Shown: in pieces, positions 47,081 through 54,449 of the stretch
How positions within the stretch are numbered: position 1 is the first letter of the stretch
Layout of the letters: each line of letters begins with the position of its first letter
Source of the DNA: Bacteroidota bacterium
Lineage (GTDB): Bacteria > Bacteroidota > Bacteroidia > 2-12-FULL-35-15
Length of the DNA: 64,000 nucleotides
Reading direction: 5' to 3'
NCBI GenBank assembly: GCA_947479085.1
Contig: CANJYB010000013.1
Coordinates: 36,632-100,631 of the forward strand
Program-made: the position numbers and the translations under genes
The notes under the pieces: model-generated
Seen by the model: the letters and a program-made list of their open reading frames with translations, nothing else
What the model was told of the DNA's origin: nothing
Database searches by the model: none

Positions 47081-48142
47081 ATGAGCAAAAAAACAACTAA
47101 AAAAAAGAAGCTGGTAAAAGTTACCAAGCCTTTAAAGTCACAAGTCGCGAAACAAAAAGCGAAGAAGACGAAATCTGATAAAGAAAAACTTTCAAAAAAA
47201 ACGGTCGTTAAAAAGCCGGCAAAAGAAATAGTGAAGAAAAATTCAAAAGAAAAAAAAGCAGTTAAGAAGGATCAAAAAGTAGTTTCAAAAAAAATTGTTC
47301 CTTCTTCTAAAAAAGACAATAGCAAGAAAGCAGTTAAAAAGGAGAAACCTCTTAAAAAAGTTGCGCCAAGCAAAATAGCCTCTAAATCACTTGTTAAGGA
47401 AAAAACTGCTAAAAAGGATGTAGTTGTTTCGAAAAAGCCTAAGGCTGAGAAAGAAATTAAATCAAAAAAATTATTGCTGGACGATTCCGATTTTTCGGAT
47501 ATGGATTCTTTTGATGATGCAAAGAAAAAACCGAAAAGGAGAAAAGGGGGAAGAAAAAAGAAAAACAAGGGGGGAGATGATGATGAACCGGAAATTATGC
47601 ATGACGAATTGGTTGAACAATTAATCCGTTCAACTAAAAAACTACGTGCTCAGCCAAAGAAACCTAGGATATTAAAAACTTTTACAAATCCTATGGCTTC
47701 CTTATCCGTTGCGCCTGCGGATGATAAAGATAAAAAAGCAGCAGCTCTTCCTAAAAAGGAACCAAAAGGAAAATTTACGTTGGAATATGTTATGAATACC
47801 TCCGTTGGTATTCTCTACGAATTTCTTACTTCTCCTTCCGGTTTGATGGAATGGTTTGCTGATGACGTGAGCATACATGATGGCATTTTTACTTTTGTTT
47901 GGGATGGAAGCGCTCAAAAAGCAAAGCTTCTTGGTTTTAAGGAAAATGAATATGTACGCCTTCAATGGTTAGATAAACCTGCCGGAACTTTTTTCGAATT
48001 CCGCATCCAGGTGGATAAAATAACAAATGATGTTTCCCTTATGGTAACTGATTTTGCTGATGAGGCTTCTGATTTGGATACCTCCAGAAGACTTTGGGAT
48101 AGCCAGATGGATCAATTGTTAAATGTTATAGGTTCTTATTAA
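47081..48142 (+). CDS. lysine-rich (histone H1-like, low-complexity) N-terminal region fused to a START/SRPBCC-like C-terminal domain
   Basis: Roughly the first 200 residues are lysine-rich low-complexity sequence (KKKKLVKVTKPLKSQVAKQKAKKTKSDKEK...). The C-terminal ~130 aa read FTLEYVMNTSVGILYEFLTSPSGLMEWFADDV... Confidence 0.55.
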   Translation: MSKKTTKKKKLVKVTKPLKSQVAKQKAKKTKSDKEKLSKKTVVKKPAKEIVKKNSKEKKAVKKDQKVVSKKIVPSSKKDNSKKAVKKEKPLKKVAPSKIASKSLVKEKTAKKDVVVSKKPKAEKEIKSKKLLLDDSDFSDMDSFDDAKKKPKRRKGGRKKKNKGGDDDEPEIMHDELVEQLIRSTKKLRAQPKKPRILKTFTNPMASLSVAPADDKDKKAAALPKKEPKGKFTLEYVMNTSVGILYEFLTSPSGLMEWFADDVSIHDGIFTFVWDGSAQKAKLLGFKENEYVRLQWLDKPAGTFFEFRIQVDKITNDVSLMVTDFADEASDLDTSRRLWDSQMDQLLNVIGSY

Positions 48143-48202
48143 TAAATATTAGTAGTATAGTTTTATTAATACTGCTAATTTTGCGGGTGAAAACTTTATC
48201 GT

Positions 48203-48850
48203 GTGAAAGCCTTTTTTAAAACTAATTTCTACTTTCTTTTTCCATACCTTGTTTTTGTTCTATTTGGTATCATTTGGATAATCAGAGATTCGAAAGCAGA
48301 AAAGCACCTAGAGTTTAATTCGTTTCACAATTCTTTTTTCGATTCCTTTTTCTATTACTTTACTTTTCTGGGAGATGGCTTTACTGCTGCACTTGTCATA
48401 ATAGTTCTTTTAACCGTTAATATAAGAATTGGATTGTTTGCCGGATTATCGAATATTATTTCGGCTTTAGTTACCCAGCTTCTCAAACATACCTTATTTG
48501 CTGATGTAGTTCGTCCAAAGAAATTTTTTGAAGGTATGCATGATTTGTACTTTATACCCGGAGTAGATAATTATTTGTATAACAGCTTCCCTTCAGGGCA
48601 CAGCACTTGCGCCTTTTCTTTATATTTAGCTTTATCATTAATTACAGAAAACAAAATATTAAAATTAATATTCTTTACAATTGCGGGCCTTGTTGGATAT
48701 TCACGCATATATTTGTCTCAGCATTTTTTCGAGGATGTTTATGCTGGTTCTATTGTAGGAGTTGTTTTTACGTTATTAGTTTATTATTTGATGACAAAAA
48801 TAAAACGCGATTGGATGAACAGGTCCTTAATTAAAATTTCAGGAAATTAA
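48203..48850 (+). CDS. PAP2-family lipid phosphatase
   Basis: Motifs KHTLFADVVRP, SFPSGHS and SRIYLSQHFFEDV, with 5-6 TM segments. GTG start, with a TAATTTTG -7 box at 48176..48183. Confidence 0.75.
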   Translation: MKAFFKTNFYFLFPYLVFVLFGIIWIIRDSKAEKHLEFNSFHNSFFDSFFYYFTFLGDGFTAALVIIVLLTVNIRIGLFAGLSNIISALVTQLLKHTLFADVVRPKKFFEGMHDLYFIPGVDNYLYNSFPSGHSTCAFSLYLALSLITENKILKLIFFTIAGLVGYSRIYLSQHFFEDVYAGSIVGVVFTLLVYYLMTKIKRDWMNRSLIKISGN

Positions 48851-50487
48851 TGAATTCAACAGTTCTTAGGAATAATATTTTTATTGCAGCGGCAGCTTTT
48901 TTATTGTTTGTTCCTTTTTTAGGTGCGGTGCATTTATTTGATTGGGACGAAATCAACTTTGCTGAATGTGCCCGTGAAATACTGGTTACTCATGATTATT
49001 TTTCGGTGAAAATTAATTTTCAGCCTTTTTGGGAAAAGCCTCCTGTGTTTATCTGGATGCAGGCCTTGTCCATGTCGGTTTTTGGTATTAATGAATTTGC
49101 AGCTCGATTACCAAACGCCATTTGTGGAATTATTACCCTTTTAGTTTTATTTAATATCGGAAGAAAATTAGTTGATGAACGTTTTGGTTTAATTTGGGTG
49201 CTGGCCTATGCAGGCTCGTTACTGCCTCATTTTTATTTCAAATCAGGAATTATTGATCCATGGTTTAATCTTTTTATTTTTTGTGGATTCTATTATTTTA
49301 TTTTGTTTACCAATAATAAAAATACCAGATTACTTATCTTATCAGCGCTTTTTATCGGGTTAAGTGTTTTAACTAAAGGGCCTGTAGCGGCTTTGGTATT
49401 TGGTTTATGTTTGGGTGTTTATTGGATAATAAAGCGATTTCAACCTGTTTTAAATATAAAAGAGATTCTGATTTACATTTTAGCTGTTGCTACAGTAGGG
49501 GGGCTCTGGTTTCTCATGTTAGTATTAACAGGTAACACAAGTATCATAAAAGAATTCTTTTTATACCAGGTCAGGTTGTTTAATACTCAGGATGCTGGGC
49601 ATGGTGGGCCATTTTATTATCATTGGTTGGTTTTGCTAATCGGATGTTTTCCGGTTTCTGTTTTTGCGCTGCGAAGTTTCAGGAAAAGCAGTTTCGATAC
49701 CCCATATCAAAAACATTTTAAATTATGGATGATGATTCTGTTTTTTGTAGTGTTGATTTTATTTAGCATCGTTAAAACTAAAATTGTTCATTATTCTTCC
49801 TTGTGCTATTTCCCTTTAAGTTTTATGGGTGCCTATGTAATTTACAAGCTGATTAATCTGGAAATGCAATGGAAAAAAATAACAACAATTTTACTCATTA
49901 GTATTTCTGGAATATTAGGAATCATACTATTAGCGTTACCTTTCGTTGACAAATACAAGCAAAGTATTATTTCATCCAATCTGATTGAAGATAGCTTTGC
50001 AATTGAGAATTTGAAAGCCAATGTTCATTGGTCGGGTTTCGAAGGGATAATTGGAGTGTTATTAATAGCTGGGGTAGGAGTGATGCTGGTTTTAATTAAG
50101 CTTAAAAAATCAGTACAAGGAATCGCAGGGCTTTTTGTTATTAGTCTTGTAGTTGTTAATTTGACGGCTTTAATTATTGCTCCTAAAATTGAGCAATATT
50201 CTCAGGGAGCAGCAATAGAATTTTATCAGTCATTAAGAGGCAAAGATTGTTATGTAGAAACTTATGGATATAAAAGTTATGCCAACCTTTTTTATTCTGA
50301 CAAACCGAATCCGATTAATAGAAACAGTTTAGACATGGACTGGTTGCTTCGCGGAAAGATAGATAAACCGGCCTATTTTGTTTGCAAAAACATAGACTCG
50401 GAGGAAATGGAGAAAAGATACGAGGAATTAAAGGAGTTATACAGAAAAAACGGATTTGTGTTTTTGGTAAGAATCCCCAAAAAATAA
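48850..50487 (+). CDS. ArnT-like (GT39/GT83) undecaprenyl-phosphate-sugar-dependent glycosyltransferase
   Basis: WDEINFAECAREIL and EKPPVFIWMQA motifs, with more than 10 TM segments. The start overlaps the PAP2 stop (TAATG). Confidence 0.75.
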   Translation: MNSTVLRNNIFIAAAAFLLFVPFLGAVHLFDWDEINFAECAREILVTHDYFSVKINFQPFWEKPPVFIWMQALSMSVFGINEFAARLPNAICGIITLLVLFNIGRKLVDERFGLIWVLAYAGSLLPHFYFKSGIIDPWFNLFIFCGFYYFILFTNNKNTRLLILSALFIGLSVLTKGPVAALVFGLCLGVYWIIKRFQPVLNIKEILIYILAVATVGGLWFLMLVLTGNTSIIKEFFLYQVRLFNTQDAGHGGPFYYHWLVLLIGCFPVSVFALRSFRKSSFDTPYQKHFKLWMMILFFVVLILFSIVKTKIVHYSSLCYFPLSFMGAYVIYKLINLEMQWKKITTILLISISGILGIILLALPFVDKYKQSIISSNLIEDSFAIENLKANVHWSGFEGIIGVLLIAGVGVMLVLIKLKKSVQGIAGLFVISLVVVNLTALIIAPKIEQYSQGAAIEFYQSLRGKDCYVETYGYKSYANLFYSDKPNPINRNSLDMDWLLRGKIDKPAYFVCKNIDSEEMEKRYEELKELYRKNGFVFLVRIPKK

Positions 50488-50489
50488 AC

Positions 50490-51239
50490 TTATTTTTTCC
50501 TGGTATAAATTGGGCTTTTGTTCAATCCCATTTTATAGAAAAAATGTTTGAAAGAAACATTTAATACTCCCATTCCATACTTCATACTTCTGCTGAAATT
50601 AATAGAAGAGGCATCGGGAAAATACTTCGTAGGGCAGGTAATCTCGGCAATTTCAAAACCAGCCATAAAAATCTGGGAAATCATTTCATTGTCAAAAACA
50701 AAATCATCATTGTTTGCTTCATAATTAACAGTTTCCAATACTTCCCTTGAAAAAGCACGATAACCGGTGTGGTATTCAGAAAGCTTCTGGTTAATTAATA
50801 TGTTTTGTGAAAGTGTCAGGCATCGATTGAAAATATACTTATACATTGGCATTCCACCTTTTAGTGCACCTTTCCCTAATATCCGGGACCCAAATACTAC
50901 GGGATATAAATCATTGGCAATTATATGAGCCATCGAATGAATAAGTAACGGAGTGTATTGATAATCGGGATGCAACATAATTACTATGTCTCCACCAAGT
51001 TCCAATGCTTTGTCGTAACACGACTTTTGATTACCTCCGTAACCCCTGTTTTTCTGATGTTTGATGATGTGTTTTATTCCAATTCGGGTAGCTACTTCCA
51101 CAGTATCATCCTTGCTCACATCATCCACCAACACCACTTCGTCCACTATATCAAAAGGAATTTCATTATAGGTTTTTTCAAGTGTCTGGGCTGCATTGTA
51201 TGCAGGAAGCACCACCACAATTTTTTTGTTTTTTATCAT
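50490..51239 (-). CDS. GT2 polyprenyl-phosphate glycosyltransferase (ArnC/DPM1-like)
   Basis: VVVLPAYNAAQTL, VLVDDVSKDDT and IVIMLHPDYQYTP (DxD-like). Confidence 0.75.
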   Translation of the reverse strand: MIKNKKIVVVLPAYNAAQTLEKTYNEIPFDIVDEVVLVDDVSKDDTVEVATRIGIKHIIKHQKNRGYGGNQKSCYDKALELGGDIVIMLHPDYQYTPLLIHSMAHIIANDLYPVVFGSRILGKGALKGGMPMYKYIFNRCLTLSQNILINQKLSEYHTGYRAFSREVLETVNYEANNDDFVFDNEMISQIFMAGFEIAEITCPTKYFPDASSINFSRSMKYGMGVLNVSFKHFFYKMGLNKSPIYTRKK

Positions 51240-51493
51240 CGCAGGGGCAAAAGTAAGAAAATATATTAATTGTGTTTAATAGTGAATTGTTTTATCAATG
51301 ACTGAAAATGCCGAGAAGGAAAATACTTTGGCTTATTTCGTGTTTGCTGGAATGGATACAAAGAAGAAAAAATGAATATAGAAAGTGATTGATTTGTGAA
51401 AAAAGTCACAATAAGTCAGGGGTGAATCAACATTTGTAGTAAGATAATGATGATTGATTGGCCGGAATCAACCTTAGGGGTAAAAGGACCCTG

Positions 51494-51703
51494 CCCGCAA
51501 ACGTTTGGGATAGCATTTCCTTTTTCGGAAACCCGCCCGGAAACGTTCGGGATAGCATTTCCTTTTTCGGAAACTCGCCCGCAAACGTTTGGGATAGCAT
51601 TTCCTTTTTCGGAAACCCGCCCGGAAACGTTCGGGATAGCATTTCCTTTTTCGGAAACCCACCCGCAAACGTTTGGGATGGTATTTCCTTTTTCGGAAAT
51701 CAT
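51494..51703. repeat. tandem array: 5 x 42 bp in two alternating subtypes (true period 84 bp) with palindromic cores
   Basis: Units start at 51494, 51536, 51578, 51620 and 51662. Odd units carry the perfect palindrome CAAACGTTTG (51498, 51582, 51666). Even units carry GAAACGTTC. All units carry TTTCC-TTTTTC-GGAAA. Confidence 0.9.
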
Positions 51704-51941
51704 GATTGTTATACCAGGAGTCAGTCTTCGAGGTATTAGATTCATGATTGTTTTGCCAATAATTATCCTTAAGGGTGAAATAATTATAAAAGGAAGAAAC
51801 AAAAATCTTTTCGCTCTTTTATAGGAGTAATGAAATACATAATAAATAAGGTAAAAAGAATATTCAGAAATCAACATTTATTGCCTTAATAATTGTTTTA
51901 TAAAAAATCGCTACATTTACATCGATTTAATAATACCTTTT

Positions 51942-52445
51942 ATGCTTTTTAAGCGAATACTTACTTTGTTCCTTATTATTAATAGTTCCCTCATCATTGG
52001 ACAAACTATTCAGAGGGAAAGCCATTTCAGTTCTGCCGGTAATTATTCAAATAATGCCGGAATAATATTGCAATCGAACATTGGTGAGATGATGATTACT
52101 ACCGAAAATAATGGTCAGAACATGTTTATACAGGGATTTGTTCAGCCTGAACCGGTTATACTTACTTCTATTCCTTCCCTTTCCGGAATGGGAGGGAGCG
52201 TATATCCTAATCCGGTTATCAATAATCTTGTTGTACAGATTTATTTTGCAGATTGTTCAGATTTAAAAATAGAAGTTTTTGATGTATTAGGTAAAAAGCA
52301 GCTTTTTAAAAGAGAAGAAAATCAGTTCAACGGATATGTAAATTATGAATTGAATTTCCAGTCCTTTTCTGCCGGAATTTATTTTGTTAGAGTTGTTTCA
52401 GAAAGAAATCAATTTAATAAGACCTTTAAGATTAATAAAATATAA
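51942..52445 (+). CDS. small secreted protein consisting of a short N-terminal region plus a T9SS C-terminal sorting domain
   Basis: 167 aa with a signal peptide. SVYPNPVINNLVVQIYF...AGIYFVRVVSERNQFNKTFKINKI looks like a T9SS CTD. A 2-nt gap separates it from the next ORF. Confidence 0.65.
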   Translation: MLFKRILTLFLIINSSLIIGQTIQRESHFSSAGNYSNNAGIILQSNIGEMMITTENNGQNMFIQGFVQPEPVILTSIPSLSGMGGSVYPNPVINNLVVQIYFADCSDLKIEVFDVLGKKQLFKREENQFNGYVNYELNFQSFSAGIYFVRVVSERNQFNKTFKINKI

Positions 52446-52447
52446 CC

Positions 52448-54424
52448 ATGAAGTATATTACAAAACACTTTATATTTATTTTTCTTTTTTGTTTTTTTCT
52501 TAATGGTTCATTTGTTTCCTTTGCTCAATCTGTTCCACAGGGTTTCAATTATCAAACTACTATAAGAAATAATATTGGTGTGATTTTACCAAATCAATCC
52601 GTACGCCTGGAATTTTCATTTTATTCAGGAGCAGGGGGCACTTTATTGCAGTGGCAGGAAACTCAGTTGGTCACCACAGATATTTACGGGCAGGTAAAAA
52701 TGACAATTGGGATAGGAGCCAGTACCGGGGCGGGCGCGATTTCAGCATTCAATCAGATAAACTGGACAGGAGGCGTTTATTATTTAAAAGTATCAATGGA
52801 TGCAAGCGGGGGAAATAATTTTACAGATATAGGCACTGCTCAATTATTCTCGGTACCTTATGCATTTTATGCTCATTCCGCAAATTCGTTAAATAATATG
52901 AGTCTTGCAGAAATGCAGGATGTGGATACCACCGGACTGTTAACAAACAAAGTACTAAAATACAATGGCACTTATTGGGTTCCCGGAAATGATAATCATC
53001 ATGATACTGTTTCTTTTTCTTATAATGCAGGAAATTCTCACCTTACAGATACGGCTTATTACGTTTACAGTAATATTGTGCCCGATACGGTTTACTTTTC
53101 ATATAATTCAGGTAACACTGTTTATGCAACCAGTTCAGGCTTTTCTACAAATTCATTAAATGCGAATTACGCTGATACTGCCATTTATGCCTTAAATGTT
53201 ACTTCGGCCATTTGGTCATTAACCGGTAACTCCATTGGTGTTGCCGCTAATTTCCTTGGAACAAATGATGTAAATGATTTGGTTTTTAAAACAAACAATA
53301 CTGAAAGATGGAGAGTGAAAAACACAGGAAATGTTTCTGTTGGAAATAATGTAAATAACGGGAGATTTGCTTTTTCGGGTAATGATGGAATACTTGCTAC
53401 CGGAACTTTGGGACTTACCACTTCTCCATCGGTATATGGTTCCGGAACAAGAATGATGTGGTATCCGGCCAAGGCCGCTTTCAGGGCAGGAGGGATAAGT
53501 GGTAACTTATGGGATACGGCAAATGTCGGAAAATATTCGTTTGCCGCTGGATATAATAATAAAGCAGGAAACTATTCTTTTGCTGCAGGGTTTGGTTGCA
53601 GTGCCGGTGATTTTGATATGGCCATCGGGCGAAAGAACCAGGTTACCCCGACAGGAGCTTTTGCTTCCGGAGGAAACATTACAGCTGTGGCATTAGGAGA
53701 TAGCTGCACAGCAGGGGCTCAACGTTCTGTTTCAATAGGTAGGGGAAATGTTACTTCTGCATCCACAGCAGTTGCATTAGGTACCAATTGTAAATCGTTG
53801 GGAATTGTTTCATTAACCATTGGTAACAATAATACGGCTAACGGACATTATTCAACAGCTATCGGAAATCATGCAGTTACAGCATCAAATGCTTATGGTT
53901 CTTTTATGTTTGCAGATAATTCAACTTCAGCAGTTGCAATAAATAGTACACCAAAATCATTTCATGTAAGGGCGGATAGTGGAGTAGTTTTTTACACAGA
54001 CCCTTTATCTACTATGGGAGTACGTGTATTTGGAGGAGGAGGCAGTTGGTCAAATGTTTCAGACAGAACAAAAAAGGAAAACTTTAAAGTAGAAGATTGC
54101 GAAGCCATACTAAAAACAATAATAAAATTAAAAATTACAAGCTGGAATTACAAATCGCAAAATGATAATATCCGTCATATAGGACCAATGGCTCAGGATC
54201 TTTACGGTGCATATCATTTCGGTGAAAGCAGACAATCAATTACTACCACTGATATGGATGGAATAATACTATCAGGAATAAAAGCATTAAATACCAGGTT
54301 GAATCATCTTCAGGATTTTAAAAATGTGGATGAACTTAAAAGTGAAATTCAGGAAGAGGAAAAAGGTTTGGATGAACTGAACAAGCGGTTGGATTTAATT
54401 GAAAATTCAGAAATAAAAAAATAG
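52448..54424 (+). CDS. tail-fibre-like protein with peptidase S74 (intramolecular chaperone) domain and C-terminal coiled coil
   Basis: 658 aa with a signal peptide. AxG-type repeats span roughly residues 350-480 (YSFAAGYNNKAGNYSFAAGFGCSAG...). S538 begins SDRTKKENFKVED...ITSWNYKS....RHIGPMAQDLY. The tail is heptad-like. Confidence 0.7.
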   Translation: MKYITKHFIFIFLFCFFLNGSFVSFAQSVPQGFNYQTTIRNNIGVILPNQSVRLEFSFYSGAGGTLLQWQETQLVTTDIYGQVKMTIGIGASTGAGAISAFNQINWTGGVYYLKVSMDASGGNNFTDIGTAQLFSVPYAFYAHSANSLNNMSLAEMQDVDTTGLLTNKVLKYNGTYWVPGNDNHHDTVSFSYNAGNSHLTDTAYYVYSNIVPDTVYFSYNSGNTVYATSSGFSTNSLNANYADTAIYALNVTSAIWSLTGNSIGVAANFLGTNDVNDLVFKTNNTERWRVKNTGNVSVGNNVNNGRFAFSGNDGILATGTLGLTTSPSVYGSGTRMMWYPAKAAFRAGGISGNLWDTANVGKYSFAAGYNNKAGNYSFAAGFGCSAGDFDMAIGRKNQVTPTGAFASGGNITAVALGDSCTAGAQRSVSIGRGNVTSASTAVALGTNCKSLGIVSLTIGNNNTANGHYSTAIGNHAVTASNAYGSFMFADNSTSAVAINSTPKSFHVRADSGVVFYTDPLSTMGVRVFGGGGSWSNVSDRTKKENFKVEDCEAILKTIIKLKITSWNYKSQNDNIRHIGPMAQDLYGAYHFGESRQSITTTDMDGIILSGIKALNTRLNHLQDFKNVDELKSEIQEEEKGLDELNKRLDLIENSEIKK

Positions 54425-54449
54425 AAATATTGTTTGTAAAAAATATAAA

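Noticed and set aside
51416-51877. Five overlapping ORFs on both strands (153, 125, 93, 71 and 64 aa) with repetitive peptides
   Set aside because: All are generated by the 42-bp array staying open in several frames. Overlapping ORFs on both strands cannot all be real, and none has coding-like composition.
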